Source: Eubacteriales bacterium (GTDB lineage Bacteria; Bacillota; Clostridia; Oscillospirales; CAG-272). From it: a DNA stretch of 42,936 bases. Below the pieces are notes generated by a model. The model was given only the letters and a program-made list of their open reading frames with translations, was not told the DNA's origin and searched no databases. Positions 16,161 to 27,015 of this stretch are shown here, one piece after another (positions within the stretch are counted from its first letter, which is position 1; each line of letters starts with the position of its first letter). Made by a program: the position numbers and the translations under genes. The stretch is from contig JBGVFW010000425.1 in assembly GCA_045121315.1 (NCBI GenBank), positions 1-42,936 on the forward strand, written 5' to 3'.

Positions 16161-18758
16161 ATGAATGCAGAAAAATTCACACAAAAATCGCTCGAAGCGC
16201 TCCGCTCCGCGCAGTCCGTTGCCGCAGAAAACGGCAATAACTCCGTTGAAGAAGAGCACCTTCTCTATTCTCTGGTATCTCAGCAGGGCGGACTCGTGGG
16301 CGAAATTTTCAAAAATATCGGCGCAGCTCCCGAAAATATAGCCAGCGCGCTTGACGCGGCTATAACAAAATTTCCGAAAGTCAGCGGCGGCGGTTACGAC
16401 CCAAGCCGTATATACGTTTCGGGCGCGCTTGACAAAGCGCTCACCGAAGCCGAAAAACAAGCCGAAAAGATGAAAGACGAATATATCTCCGTCGAGCACC
16501 TGCTCTTGGGTATTATGGAGCGTCCTTCGGACGGAATCAAGAAAATGCTCGATTCACACGGTATCACCCTTGGAAAAGTGCTTGACGCGCTCAAAAAGAT
16601 TCGCGGCAACCAAAAAGTTCAGAGTGACAACCCCGAAGACACGTACAACGTCCTCAAAAAATACGGAACAGACCTTGTAGAGCGTGCGCGCGAACGCAAA
16701 CTCGACCCCGTTATCGGCAGAGATGAAGAAATTCGCAACGTTATCCGCATACTTTCGCGTAAAACGAAGAATAACCCCTGCCTCATCGGTGAACCCGGCG
16801 TCGGCAAGACCGCCATTGCGGAAGGTTTGGCTCTGCGTATCGTCAGCGGCGACGTGCCGGATAACCTCAAAGACCGTACCATTTTCTCGCTTGACCTCGG
16901 CGCGCTTATCGCGGGCGCTAAATTCCGAGGCGAATTTGAAGAAAGGCTCAAAGCCGTGCTCAATGAGGTAAAATCCTCGGAAGGAAAGATCATCCTCTTT
17001 ATAGATGAGCTTCACACTATAGTCGGCGCAGGCAAAACGGACGGCGCGCTTGACGCGGGCAATATACTCAAACCTATGCTTGCGCGCGGCGAGCTCCACT
17101 GTATCGGCGCAACGACTCTCAACGAATACCGCCAGTATATCGAAAAAGACGCGGCGCTTGAACGCCGTTTCCAGCCTGTCATGGTCGAAGAACCGACAGT
17201 TGAGGACACGATAGCAATTCTGCGCGGTCTTAAAGAAAGATACGAAGTTTACCATGGCGTGAAGATTTTGGACAGTGCCATAATCTCTGCCGCAACTCTT
17301 TCGAACAGATATATCCAGGACCGTTTTCTCCCAGATAAAGCCATAGACCTTATCGATGAAGCGTGCGCGCTCATCAAAACAGAAATGGACTCCATGCCGA
17401 CGGAAATGGACGAGATATCCCACAAGATAATGCAGCTTGAGATCGAAGAAGCCGCGCTTTCCAAGGAAACAGACAAGCTCGCAATAGAGCATCTTTCCGA
17501 GATCAAGGAAGAGCTTGCAAAACTGCGCGAGCAGATGAACGAAATGAAAGCAAAGTGGGAAAACGAAAAGCAGAGTATCGAAAAAGTTCAGAAGATACGT
17601 GAGCAGCTCGAAGACGTAAACAGTCAGATTGAAAAAGCTCAGAACGATTACGACCTTGCCAAAGCAGCAGAGCTCAAATACGGCAAACTTCCCCAGCTTC
17701 AAAAAGAACTTGAAGAGGAAGAAAAGAAAGCCGAAACACAGAAAAACACTCTCTTGCGCGACAAAGTTACGGACGACGAGATTGCAAAGATCGTTTCCCG
17801 CTGGACGGGCATTCCTGTTTCCAAACTCGTTGAGGGCGAAAGAAACAAGCTCCTTTCCCTCGATTCTGTACTCCACGAGCGTGTTATCGGTCAGGACGAG
17901 GCAGTACGCAAAGTCAGCGACGCAATTCTCCGTTCCCGTGCGGGCATAAAAGACCCTCGTCGCCCCGTCGGCTCTTTCCTATTCCTCGGTCCCACAGGCG
18001 TCGGCAAGACAGAGCTTGCAAAGGCGCTCACTCAGGCGCTATTCGATGATGAAAAGAGCCTTGTGCGTATCGATATGAGCGAGTACATGGAGAAATATTC
18101 AGTCTCCCGCCTTATCGGAGCGCCTCCCGGATACGTCGGCTATGACGAAGGCGGTCAGCTTACGGAAGCAGTTCGCCGTAAACCGTACTCAGTGGTTCTC
18201 TTTGATGAGGTTGAAAAAGCGCACCCTGACGTTTTCAACGTACTCTTGCAGGTGCTTGACGACGGCAGAATTACGGACAGCCACGGCAAAACGGTGGATT
18301 TCAAGAATACTATCATCATTCTCACCTCAAACCTCGGATCGGACATCATTCTCGACGGCATCACCGAAGGCGGAGATATAAGTGCGGACGCGCGTGCGCG
18401 CGTAAACGAACTGCTCAAACGCAGCTTCCGCCCCGAATTTCTCAACAGACTTGACGAGATAATCTTCTACCGTCCGCTCACCAAGGAAAATATTCGCGGC
18501 ATAGTATCGCTTAAAATTGCGGAGATCGCCGCCCGCCTCGAAGAGCGCCGCGTAAAGATCGATGTTCGCCCTACCGCAGTTGAAGAAATAATAGATCAAT
18601 CTTATGATCCCGTATACGGTGCGCGCCCGATAAAGAGATTTATCTCTGCTAACATCGAAACGCTTATCGCGCGCAAGATGATAGAGTGCGATATAGCGCC
18701 AGACACAACGATCACCATAGATTTTGAAAACGGCGCGTTCACGGCTACACTTTCTTAA
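16161..18758 (+). CDS. clpB: ATP-dependent chaperone ClpB
   Basis: ATG 16161 behind AAGGAGG; two AAA modules (GEPGVGKT and GPTGVGKT), [12 protein letters not shown], and a long middle coiled coil with AAELKYG. Confidence 0.97.
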   Translation: MNAEKFTQKSLEALRSAQSVAAENGNNSVEEEHLLYSLVSQQGGLVGEIFKNIGAAPENIASALDAAITKFPKVSGGGYDPSRIYVSGALDKALTEAEKQAEKMKDEYISVEHLLLGIMERPSDGIKKMLDSHGITLGKVLDALKKIRGNQKVQSDNPEDTYNVLKKYGTDLVERARERKLDPVIGRDEEIRNVIRILSRKTKNNPCLIGEPGVGKTAIAEGLALRIVSGDVPDNLKDRTIFSLDLGALIAGAKFRGEFEERLKAVLNEVKSSEGKIILFIDELHTIVGAGKTDGALDAGNILKPMLARGELHCIGATTLNEYRQYIEKDAALERRFQPVMVEEPTVEDTIAILRGLKERYEVYHGVKILDSAIISAATLSNRYIQDRFLPDKAIDLIDEACALIKTEMDSMPTEMDEISHKIMQLEIEEAALSKETDKLAIEHLSEIKEELAKLREQMNEMKAKWENEKQSIEKVQKIREQLEDVNSQIEKAQNDYDLAKAAELKYGKLPQLQKELEEEEKKAETQKNTLLRDKVTDDEIAKIVSRWTGIPVSKLVEGERNKLLSLDSVLHERVIGQDEAVRKVSDAILRSRAGIKDPRRPVGSFLFLGPTGVGKTELAKALTQALFDDEKSLVRIDMSEYMEKYSVSRLIGAPPGYVGYDEGGQLTEAVRRKPYSVVLFDEVEKAHPDVFNVLLQVLDDGRITDSHGKTVDFKNTIIILTSNLGSDIILDGITEGGDISADARARVNELLKRSFRPEFLNRLDEIIFYRPLTKENIRGIVSLKIAEIAARLEERRVKIDVRPTAVEEIIDQSYDPVYGARPIKRFISANIETLIARKMIECDIAPDTTITIDFENGAFTATLS

Positions 18759-18772
18759 ACATTCCACAATTT

Positions 18773-18806
18773 ATTAAAGACCGCAGCGATGCGGTCTTTA
18801 ATTTTT
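18773..18806 (+). terminator. Intrinsic terminator after clpB
   Basis: ATTAAAGACCGCA-gcga-TGCGGTCTTTAAT followed by a T run. Confidence 0.85.
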
Positions 18807-18997
18807 GCATAATTATAATGATTTGCGCCGAACATATTATCGTCCTTTTTTGACAATCTTATATTATCCTACTTTATCGTACTTGCCAATACCTTATATG
18901 GTTTTATTGTATAATTTTTTGAGGTAAAATCATGAAGCCATTGAAAGAAAAAGTTTATAAAATAAATTTTATAAAACACATAGCGTTTTATGGCGCA

Positions 18998-19027
18998 AAA
19001 AACTCTCGTCTTTCGACGAGAGTTTTT
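18998..19027 (-). terminator. Bidirectional terminator after the EF-G paralog
   Basis: Perfect 13-bp inverted repeat AAAAACTCTCGTC-tttc-GACGAGAGTTTTT. Confidence 0.88.
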
Positions 19028-19033
19028 AATATA

Positions 19034-21106
19034 TTACGCGTTTGCGTTTGCTTCTGCAATGATCTTTTGCGCGATCATTTCGGGAACGTCTTCATATCTT
19101 TCAAATTCGAACGTATATTTGCCTCTGCCCTGTGTAATAGCGCGGAGCTGTGTAGCAAAATCGCTCATTTCACCGAACGGAGCTTCCGCTTCGATAACCT
19201 GTTCGCCCTTCTTATCCGTATGTTCCATACCGAGAACTCTGCCGCGGCGTTTGTTGATAGCGCTCATAATATCGCCAAGCATATCGGAGGGAGCGTAAAC
19301 AAAGAGCTTGCCAACGGGTTCGAGGATAACGGGTTTCGCTTTAACAAGACCTGCTTTATAAGCCATGTTAGCGGCAACCTTGAACGCCATTTCGGAGGAG
19401 TCAACGGGGTGATAAGAGCCGTCGTAAAGGTCGGCTTTAAGGCCTATCATCGGGAAGCCCGCCAAAATACCCTGCTGCATAGAATCAAGCAAGCCTTTTT
19501 CAACTGCGGGATAGAAGTTCTTCGGAACCGTGCCGCCTACAACGGACTGCGTGAATTCAAGTCCCTCTTTTTCCGGAGCGGAGAATACGATCTTGATGTG
19601 ACCGTACTGACCGTGACCGCCGGATTGTTTCTTATATTTCGCTTCCGTATCTGCTCTGCCCTTGATAGATTCGCGGTAAGCGATCTTCGGCTTTGAAAGG
19701 TCAACGGATACGCCAAAACGGGATTTAAGTCTTGCAACAGTAACATCAAAGTGGATATCGCCCTGACCGTAGATAACCTGTTCTTTTGTTTCCGCGTTAT
19801 TTTCGTATTTGAGAGTGAGGTCTTCTTCAAGAAGCTTGTTGATACCATTTGCGATCTTGTCTTCGTCGCCCTTTGATTTGGGTTTTACAGCCATCTGCAT
19901 GAAGGACTGCGGGAATTTGATCTTCGTATATTTCGGCATTGCGAGTTCTGCGGCGAGTGTATCGTTTGTATTCGTATTTGCGAGCTTCGCTGTCATACCG
20001 ATATCACCCGCGCAAAGAGTATCTACCTCTGTCTGCTTCTTGCCGCAGAGTGTGTAGATATGAGAAAGCTTTTCATAACCGCCGGTTGTGAGGTTTGCAA
20101 GAGTCATATCGCGGCGGAGTTCGCCTGTCATAACCTTGAAATAAGACATCTTGCCAACGAACGGATCGGCAACTGTTTTGAAAACAAAGAGGGATGTATT
20201 GCCGGCTTCTTTGATACGGAAATCTTTTTCTTCGCCGTCATTCGTAGTTATCTTTTCCGCGCGGCGGGAAATGGGGCTGGGAAACGTATCAACTATCGTG
20301 TCAAGCAAGAGTCTGATGCCCCAAAGGTTCGTTGCGGAAACAGAGAGTACGGGGGCAACCGCACCGGAAAGGAAGCCTTGGGAAAGCGCTTCGATAATTT
20401 CTTCGTGAGTAAATTTTTCGCCCTCGAAGAATTTTTCCATAAGTTCATCGCTCGTTTCAGCGAGAGATTCCATAAGCATTGCGCGGTAAGTTTCAACTTT
20501 TCCTTCATATTCTGTGGGAATAGCTTCAGTTTCGCGCGTGCCGTCTTTTTTGTATGTATATTTACAGAGGTTGATAAGGTCGAGGATACCTTCCTTGCCG
20601 TCGCCCTCGTTTACGGGAATGAACATGGGACAAGCGGTATGACCGAACGTATCGCGTATCTGTTTGAATACTTTTTCAAATTTAACTTCGGTGTCGTCAA
20701 CCTTGTTGATAACGAACGCACGCGGAATATTTGCTTCCGCAGTATAGTCCATGGCGAGCTCCGTGCCTACTTCAACGCCTGCTTTACCGTCTACAACAAC
20801 GAGAGCGGACGCGGCGACGCGAAGCGCTTCCATAACTTCACCGGAAAAATCGAAATATCCGGGCGTGTCCAAAAGGTTGATTTTCGCGTCTTTCCACATC
20901 ATGTTTGCAACGGACATGGAAACGGAGAAGCCTCTCTTTATGGATTCAGTATCGTAATCGAGAACGGTGTTGCCGTCTTCAACCTTACCGAGTCTTTCTG
21001 TCTGTTTCGATATATAAAGCATTGCTTCTGCAATACTTGTTTTACCTGCCGCGGAGTGACCGAGCAAGCATACGTTTCTTATATCTTTTGCGGGGATTTT
21101 AGCCAT
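19034..21106 (-). CDS. Elongation factor G paralog (EF-G2 / fusA-like)
   Basis: Five-domain EF-G layout with GHSAAGKT, DTPGYFDF, NKVD, KKQSGGHGQYG and DGSYHPVDSSEMAF. Stand-alone, not in the rpsL-rpsG-fus-tuf operon. Confidence 0.92.
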   Translation of the reverse strand: MAKIPAKDIRNVCLLGHSAAGKTSIAEAMLYISKQTERLGKVEDGNTVLDYDTESIKRGFSVSMSVANMMWKDAKINLLDTPGYFDFSGEVMEALRVAASALVVVDGKAGVEVGTELAMDYTAEANIPRAFVINKVDDTEVKFEKVFKQIRDTFGHTACPMFIPVNEGDGKEGILDLINLCKYTYKKDGTRETEAIPTEYEGKVETYRAMLMESLAETSDELMEKFFEGEKFTHEEIIEALSQGFLSGAVAPVLSVSATNLWGIRLLLDTIVDTFPSPISRRAEKITTNDGEEKDFRIKEAGNTSLFVFKTVADPFVGKMSYFKVMTGELRRDMTLANLTTGGYEKLSHIYTLCGKKQTEVDTLCAGDIGMTAKLANTNTNDTLAAELAMPKYTKIKFPQSFMQMAVKPKSKGDEDKIANGINKLLEEDLTLKYENNAETKEQVIYGQGDIHFDVTVARLKSRFGVSVDLSKPKIAYRESIKGRADTEAKYKKQSGGHGQYGHIKIVFSAPEKEGLEFTQSVVGGTVPKNFYPAVEKGLLDSMQQGILAGFPMIGLKADLYDGSYHPVDSSEMAFKVAANMAYKAGLVKAKPVILEPVGKLFVYAPSDMLGDIMSAINKRRGRVLGMEHTDKKGEQVIEAEAPFGEMSDFATQLRAITQGRGKYTFEFERYEDVPEMIAQKIIAEANANA

Positions 21107-21166
21107 AATTTTAAAGCTCCTTATCTGAGAAAATACACAGCCGAAGAAACATCGGCTATTGATATA

Positions 21167-21195
21167 ATTATATAGTAAAATTTCTCACATTACAA
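21167..21195 (-). promoter_or_regulatory. Sigma-A promoter for the EF-G paralog
   Basis: TTGTAA, 17 bp, TATAAT on the minus strand. Confidence 0.6.
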
Positions 21196-21311
21196 GAAAA
21201 AAATTGTATATTTTTTTCAAACAACAGAGAAAAATTCCCTTTAGCTTTGTAAAACATTCACATATTTTTATTTTTTCACGTTTCAAAACACGAAAAAGCG
21301 CAAAAAATGTA

Positions 21312-21340
21312 TTGACAAGCGTCCACCGGGAAAGTATAAT
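21312..21340 (+). promoter_or_regulatory. Consensus sigma-A promoter
   Basis: TTGACA, 17 bp, TATAAT. Confidence 0.88.
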
Positions 21341-21382
21341 TGTAATTGTATATTTATATTTTTCACGGAGGAATTTTTTAAA

Positions 21383-21580
21383 ATGCAGGTAACAAAAGAA
21401 TCTATCATCGGCGATGTTCTCGATATGGCTCCCGACACGGCTCAGTTTTTCTTTGAGATCGGTATGCACTGCCTCGGCTGTCCTTCCGCTCGCGGCGAAA
21501 GCATTGAAATGGCTTGCGCGGTTCACGGCACAGATGCAGACGAACTCGTTGCTAAAATCAACGCGTTCCTCGCAAAATAA
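21383..21580 (+). CDS. DUF1858 / hybrid-cluster-protein-associated redox disulfide protein
   Basis: 65 aa with GMHCLGCPSARGESIEMACAVHG; GGAGG RBS. Confidence 0.9.
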   Translation: MQVTKESIIGDVLDMAPDTAQFFFEIGMHCLGCPSARGESIEMACAVHGTDADELVAKINAFLAK

Positions 21581-21717
21581 TCGGCTTTTTGCCACGACAT
21601 TACATTTGAGAAAAGTTCTTTGCTTACTTTTCCCCAGGGAAAGTAAGCAGCACGACCAAAATCCCCCTTTTCCCGCTCCTTTGGGAAGAGAGGGATTTCT
21701 TTGAAAGGTAAAATAAA

Positions 21718-22401
21718 TTGGAAATTACAAGCAGACTTCTCGCCGTTGCCCGCTTTGTGCGCGGCGGCACATATCTTATCGACGTGGGCACGGACCACGC
21801 CTATCTGCCTATATACCTCGCCGAAAATGGCAAAATAGACCGTGCGCTTGCCTCCGACGTTCACGCAGGTCCTTGCGAAAGCGCGCGAAAGCATATAGCG
21901 GAATGTGGTCTTACCGAAAAAATCGAAGTGCGCCACACAGATGGGCTTTGCGGGATAATGTCAAGCGGCAAAACCGACATCGTTATCGCGGGCATGGGCG
22001 GCGCGCTCATTTGTGAAATTCTAGAAAAATCGGATTTCATCAAAAACGGAAATATCCGCCTTATCCTCCAACCCATGCGCAACGCGCCCGACTTGAGAAG
22101 ATATCTCTGTGAAAGCGGATTTCATATAGTCGGAGAATCACTTGCGCGCGAAGACGATCGCATTTACGAAATAATCTGCGCCGAATACCACGGCAAAAAG
22201 AGCGAATACACTCCTCTTTCCCTTCTGCTCGGCAAAAAAAACATCGAAGACAAAAAAGAAAACGCCGCGCTTTTTTCCGCGTTCTGCGAAAAAACCGCAG
22301 CAACTCTTTCAAAAAAAATAAACGGTATGCGCGAAGGCGGAGCAGACGCTTCCGCGGAAGAAGCGCTCCTCTCGCTCGTATTAAAAGAAAAGGAAGTGTG
22401 A
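21718..22401 (+). CDS. trmK: tRNA (adenine22-N1)-methyltransferase
   Basis: RLLAVA, DVGTDHAYLP, IAGMGG and ILQPM motifs; synteny with nif3. Confidence 0.92.
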   Translation: MEITSRLLAVARFVRGGTYLIDVGTDHAYLPIYLAENGKIDRALASDVHAGPCESARKHIAECGLTEKIEVRHTDGLCGIMSSGKTDIVIAGMGGALICEILEKSDFIKNGNIRLILQPMRNAPDLRRYLCESGFHIVGESLAREDDRIYEIICAEYHGKKSEYTPLSLLLGKKNIEDKKENAALFSAFCEKTAATLSKKINGMREGGADASAEEALLSLVLKEKEV

Positions 22402-22404
22402 TTT

Positions 22405-23181
22405 ATGGCAACAGTGAAAGAATTATATGACTATCTCGACGAAACTATTCCCCGCTCTCTTTCCTGCGAATGGGATAACGATGGGCTCATGCTCTGCCCC
22501 GACCTTTTTGCAAAAGCGCAGAAGGTTCTTCTCGCGCTCGACGCCACGGACGAGGTTGCGGAATACGCAGTGGAAAACGGTTTCGACGTTATCGTAACGC
22601 ACCACCCATTGATATTCAAACCGCTGCACGCGCTCTCCGTTTCGGACCCTGTGGCGCGCCGCGCGCTTTATCTTGCAAAAAACGGGGTTTCCGTCATGAG
22701 CTTTCACACGCGCCTTGACGCGCGAAGCGGCGGCGTAAACGATATGCTTGCAAAACGCCTTGGCGTTATCGGCGCGGTCCCATTCGGCCCCGAGGGAGAA
22801 AAGCTCGGCAGATTCGGCGTGCTTCCCAAACCCATGGATTTCCGTATGTTCTGCGGCATGGTCTGTGAAGCGCTCGGTGCAGACGCTGTCAGCGCCATCG
22901 GAGGTAAAAAAGAAGTCCGCATGATAGCTCTGCTCGGCGGCGGAGGAAAAGATTTTGTAGATTCCGCCATAGCCTGCGGTGCAGACGTGCTTGTAACCGG
23001 TGAAGTTACATATAACGTTATGCTTGAGGCGAAAGCGCGCGGACTTTGCCTCATTACCGCGGGTCATTACCACACAGAAGCTCCCGTACTTGATGCTCTC
23101 GGCGGCTCGATACAGGAAAGATTCCGCGAACTCACCGTAGAAAAATATCCTAAGGACACGGAGATTTTTATTGTTAAATAA
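22405..23181 (+). CDS. Nif3-like dinuclear metal centre hexameric protein
   Basis: EWDNDGL, THHPLIF, HTRLD and GHYHTE motifs. Confidence 0.92.
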   Translation: MATVKELYDYLDETIPRSLSCEWDNDGLMLCPDLFAKAQKVLLALDATDEVAEYAVENGFDVIVTHHPLIFKPLHALSVSDPVARRALYLAKNGVSVMSFHTRLDARSGGVNDMLAKRLGVIGAVPFGPEGEKLGRFGVLPKPMDFRMFCGMVCEALGADAVSAIGGKKEVRMIALLGGGGKDFVDSAIACGADVLVTGEVTYNVMLEAKARGLCLITAGHYHTEAPVLDALGGSIQERFRELTVEKYPKDTEIFIVK

Positions 23182-23183
23182 AA

Positions 23184-24716
23184 ATGAAAAAATTTTTAAG
23201 TAAAATTTTAACCAGAAAAGTTATTACAAGCGTTCTCATCGCGTTGCAGATTATTTGGTGGGTGATGATGCTTTTCCAAGTATCGAGCATCTTTCCCCGC
23301 ATAAACGCCGTTTTCAGCGTTATCGGCGTTTTTGTTGTAATATATATTATAAACAAAGACACAAACCCATCGTATAAGCTGGCGTGGATATTGCCGATCA
23401 TGGTCTTCCCGCTTTTCGGCGTGCTCATCTACCTGCTTTACAGCAACAAACGCCCAAGCAAATATTTGCGCAAAAGATTTAAAAAATCGGAGGAAGTCCT
23501 CGTTAAAAATTTAAAGGAGCACGACCTGCGTCAGGACGAAGACGTCCTTGAGCAGATAGAGGGACGCGACGCTTCGCGCGCGTCTTACCTTTTGCGCACA
23601 AGCTACCCCGTTTACGGCGACACGGAAACGGAATATTTTTCCTCGGGCGAAGCGCTTTTCCCTCATATCATAGAGGAGATTTCAAAGGCAGAGCACTTTA
23701 TCTTCCTCGAGTATTTCATTATCGAAGAAGGCAAGGTCTGGAGCTCCATTCTCGAAATTTTAAAAAAGAAAGCCGAAGAGGGAGTTGATGTGCGCGTTAT
23801 CTACGATGATGTCGGGTCTGTCAGCAAACTGCCGACGGGATATAACCTCAAACTAAACTCGATGGGCATAAAATGCGCCGTTTTCAACTCTTTCGTTCCG
23901 TTCATCAGCGTTGTCATGAACAACCGCGACCACAGAAAGATTTTGGTCGTTGACGGTCACACAGCGTTCACAGGCGGCATAAACCTTGCTGATGAATATA
24001 TGAACATCACTCATCCCTACGGATATTGGAAAGACACCGCCGTGATGATGCATGGCAAGGCGGCGTGGAGCTTTACGTATATGTTCCTGCATATGTGGAA
24101 CGCGATAAACGGCACGAAAGAAGATTTCAGCGTTTATCGCCCCGAAACTTACCATGTGGGGGAATTCACAGGCAAAGGATTTGTTCAGCCGTACAGCGAC
24201 AGCCCGCTTGATGACGAGCCCATTTCCCAAAACGTATACCTCGATATCATTTCTCAAGCGGAAAAATATGTTTACATCTGCACGCCATACCTTGTTATCG
24301 ACGACGAGATGAAAAACGCGCTCATTTTCGCGGCAAAGCGCGGTGTAGATGTGCGTATAATTACCCCGGGAATCCCCGATAAAAAGATAGTTTACCGCTT
24401 GACGCGCTCATATTACCCCGCGCTTCTCGCGGCAGGAGTTAAAATTTACGAATATACCCCCGGGTTTGTTCACGCAAAATCATTCGTTTGCGATGACAGA
24501 ACGGCCGTTGTCGGCACGATAAACATGGATTTCCGCAGTCTTTATCTCCATTTTGAATGTGGCGTACTCATGACGGGAACAAACTCCGTTTTCAGCGTGC
24601 GCGATGACACTCTCGATATGATAACCGTCAGCGAAGAAATAACAAAAGCGAAAAAACGCACATTCTTGGGGCGTTTGTTTGATTCCATTCTGCGAGCATT
24701 TGCGCCTCTTATGTAA
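23184..24716 (+). CDS. cls: Cardiolipin synthase
   Basis: N-terminal TMs and two HKD motifs (NRDHRKILVVD, HAKSFVCD). Confidence 0.93.
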   Translation: MKKFLSKILTRKVITSVLIALQIIWWVMMLFQVSSIFPRINAVFSVIGVFVVIYIINKDTNPSYKLAWILPIMVFPLFGVLIYLLYSNKRPSKYLRKRFKKSEEVLVKNLKEHDLRQDEDVLEQIEGRDASRASYLLRTSYPVYGDTETEYFSSGEALFPHIIEEISKAEHFIFLEYFIIEEGKVWSSILEILKKKAEEGVDVRVIYDDVGSVSKLPTGYNLKLNSMGIKCAVFNSFVPFISVVMNNRDHRKILVVDGHTAFTGGINLADEYMNITHPYGYWKDTAVMMHGKAAWSFTYMFLHMWNAINGTKEDFSVYRPETYHVGEFTGKGFVQPYSDSPLDDEPISQNVYLDIISQAEKYVYICTPYLVIDDEMKNALIFAAKRGVDVRIITPGIPDKKIVYRLTRSYYPALLAAGVKIYEYTPGFVHAKSFVCDDRTAVVGTINMDFRSLYLHFECGVLMTGTNSVFSVRDDTLDMITVSEEITKAKKRTFLGRLFDSILRAFAPLM

Positions 24717-24723
24717 ACGATCG

Positions 24724-24790
24724 AAATTACACACGAATTGCGCGCAATTTCCTATAAATAAAAAAAGTGTGCTCACGCACACTTTTTTTA
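24724..24790. repeat. Dispersed ~65-bp two-hairpin element, copy 1 (includes a bidirectional terminator)
   Basis: AAATTACACACGAATTGCGCGCAATTT...AAAAAAGTGTG-ctcacg-CACACTTTTTT; closely similar to 33648-33712. Confidence 0.75.
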
Positions 24791-24791
24791 T

Positions 24792-26069
24792 TTACTCCGC
24801 AACCTCAAACGTCACGTTTTGCAATAAAAATCCTTGGTTGAACCTGCGCATCACGTTCCAATATCCTCCGCCCGCAAATCCGTATTCCTTTATGAGCGCA
24901 AACTTTTCGCGCATACTGCGAGCGTCTTCAAACCAAACTTCGTGCTGAACGCCCCCGTCGTAATAATTGAAATAAGGCGTTTTCGATTCCTCGTCAAACT
25001 TTATCTCTGCGCCGAAACGGCGTGCAATATCAACGGCTTCGTCGTTTCCGACGAGCGTGGCGCGCGTGTAACCCTGCTTATACGGCAGTATCCAATCGTA
25101 AGCGTAGTTGGGAAGCCCCATGTATATTTTTTCGGGCGGTATCTTGCTCACGGCGTAGTCCAGCACACGCCTTACCGCAGGAACGGGAGCCACCGCCATG
25201 GGTGGGCCGTACGTATAGCCCCATTCGTAAGTCATGAGCAAAACCGCGTTTGCCGCCGCACCGATAAGCGCATAATCATGCCCCTCATAAAGCACGCCCG
25301 GTTGGGTATCGCTCGTTTTCGGAGCGAGTGCGGCGATAACGCTGTACCCCTCCGGGTTGAGGAGCAGGCGCAATCTTTCGATAAACGCGGCGTAATCTGC
25401 CGCAACCGTACCGGGAATAAACTCAAAATCTATGTCAAGCCCGCGATATCCCTTTGCGCGGATAGTTTCCAGCACGTTTTTTGCAAGAGTATCCATAGCG
25501 GCGGGCGAGGAAAAGAGAGCCACAGCGCGTTCAGAGGAAAAAGTCCCATTTTCCGTAAGCGTGGAAAGGTGCATGAGCGCACCGGAACCGCCCCCGCGCG
25601 CGGCATCAAGAAGGCGTTCGTCGTCCAGCGGCACGAGCGCGCCCTGCGCGGTAAACCCGTAAGTGAACGGAATAAGATTAGAAAGATACGGCAAAGAATA
25701 ATAAAGGTTTCCAGTTTCTATAAACGGGTAAGCATAACCGTTCATCGTCACCGATGAATCCGGCGTTTCTTCAAAAGAGATAACAAGCGTTTGCCCCGCG
25801 TAGAGCGGCGCGACGCCTCCCAAAAGATTCGGGTTATTCGCAAAAAGAGTTCGCGTGCTCACACCCGTGCTTTCCGCAACAGATGCGTATGTATCGCCAT
25901 CGCGCACGGTATATAGAGCGCGGGGCGTTAAGATGAGCAAGCTCTGCCCCGTGACGAGCGTATACGGCTCGGGAATTGCGTTCCAAACGGCGATAAGTCC
26001 CGCAGGCACACCGAACTCCTGCGAAACCGAATAAAGCGTATCTCCGCTTTTTACTGTATAAATAGTCAA
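24792..26069 (-). CDS. Spore-associated LysM-LysM-GH18 hydrolase (YaaH/SleL/YdhD-like)
   Basis: Two LysM motifs (YTVKSGDTLYSV, YTVRDGDTYASV), GLDIDFE catalytic motif, LMTYEWGY and HEVWFED. Start reassigned to TTG 26069. Confidence 0.9.
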   Translation of the reverse strand: MTIYTVKSGDTLYSVSQEFGVPAGLIAVWNAIPEPYTLVTGQSLLILTPRALYTVRDGDTYASVAESTGVSTRTLFANNPNLLGGVAPLYAGQTLVISFEETPDSSVTMNGYAYPFIETGNLYYSLPYLSNLIPFTYGFTAQGALVPLDDERLLDAARGGGSGALMHLSTLTENGTFSSERAVALFSSPAAMDTLAKNVLETIRAKGYRGLDIDFEFIPGTVAADYAAFIERLRLLLNPEGYSVIAALAPKTSDTQPGVLYEGHDYALIGAAANAVLLMTYEWGYTYGPPMAVAPVPAVRRVLDYAVSKIPPEKIYMGLPNYAYDWILPYKQGYTRATLVGNDEAVDIARRFGAEIKFDEESKTPYFNYYDGGVQHEVWFEDARSMREKFALIKEYGFAGGGYWNVMRRFNQGFLLQNVTFEVAE

Positions 26070-26140
26070 AAAAACCACCCTTTCATACTTTTTTATCATT
26101 GTATGAAAGAGTGGTTCCGTTTGCTTATAAAATTTCAAAC

Positions 26141-26887
26141 TCAGTCAACGAATGTGAACTGAATGCTCTTGTACTGAGAAAGGAAGATATCTTTGAGCAT
26201 CGTTTCATCGTTGAAACGAGAAGGAAGCGTTACTTTTGTAAGAGATGTGCAGCTGCCGAAAGCAGAGTTGCCGATGCTTGTAACGCCGGAGGGTATAACG
26301 AGCTCAGTAAGACTTGTGCAACCCTGGAACGCGCTGCCGCCGATAGACGTAAGCGTGGAGGGAAGTTCAAGTGTTTCAAGAGCCGTGCATCTGAAGAACG
26401 CAAGGTCACCGATAGTTTCAACGCCTTCGCCGATGGAAACGGCAACAAGGCTGGGAGCGTTCTGGAAAGAGTAGCCTTCAACTTTCTTTGTATTACCGCC
26501 TCTGACTACGAGAGATTCAAGGCTATATGAGTAAGCGTCGCAAACCTTGTAACCGGGGCCGATACCAACGCTGTAAACAGTATATACAGTTCCGTCTGTA
26601 TCTGTATATGTGTCGCCGATAATGAGGTTTTTAATGTTTTCGGTGTAATGCTGAATTGCGATCATATTTCCGGAAGTGGAAGTAACGGGTTCGAATTTAA
26701 TAGAGCCGGGAGTAAGGCTGTCGTCAGAAGGTTTTACAACGGAACCTGTCGTTGCACTGTCACCGGAGCTGCCGTTTGCATCTGTCGTTACCGTCGTATC
26801 GTCGGTAGGAGTGGTGGTGCCGCCGCAGGAAGTGAGAGCGCAAATAAGGAAAGTTGCCGCCATAAGCAAAGATATAAGTTTTTTCAT
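26141..26887 (-). CDS. Lipoprotein with BspA-type (LRR_5) leucine-rich repeats
   Basis: Lipobox ALTSC, Thr/Ser/Asp linker, repeats of LPSTLTSIGGSAFQGCTSL. Confidence 0.88.
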   Translation of the reverse strand: MKKLISLLMAATFLICALTSCGGTTTPTDDTTVTTDANGSSGDSATTGSVVKPSDDSLTPGSIKFEPVTSTSGNMIAIQHYTENIKNLIIGDTYTDTDGTVYTVYSVGIGPGYKVCDAYSYSLESLVVRGGNTKKVEGYSFQNAPSLVAVSIGEGVETIGDLAFFRCTALETLELPSTLTSIGGSAFQGCTSLTELVIPSGVTSIGNSAFGSCTSLTKVTLPSRFNDETMLKDIFLSQYKSIQFTFVD

Positions 26888-26934
26888 AATATTTAAATCC
26901 TCCGAATAAAACTACATATTTGTACATATTATAA

Positions 26935-26963
26935 ATAATATCACAAAGAAACAATTTTGTCAA
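26935..26963 (-). promoter_or_regulatory. Sigma-A promoter for the LRR lipoprotein
   Basis: TTGACA, 17 bp, TATTAT, with TG extension, on the minus strand. Confidence 0.7.
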
Positions 26964-27015
26964 CCGAAACACAGAAATGTTAGCGCTTTAAATGTAAAAA
27001 TATTCGGAGGGAAAA

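Noticed and set aside
18932-19696. 254-aa plus-strand ORF with GAGGT RBS and an upstream TATAAT
   Set aside because: It crosses a strong bidirectional terminator after about 25 codons and is then antisense to the EF-G paralog; the -35/-10 spacing is poor. At most a gene remnant.
21620-21700. Two hairpins between the DUF1858 gene and trmK as a riboswitch
   Set aside because: No recognisable aptamer consensus; more simply a terminator or stabiliser, or a decayed repeat.
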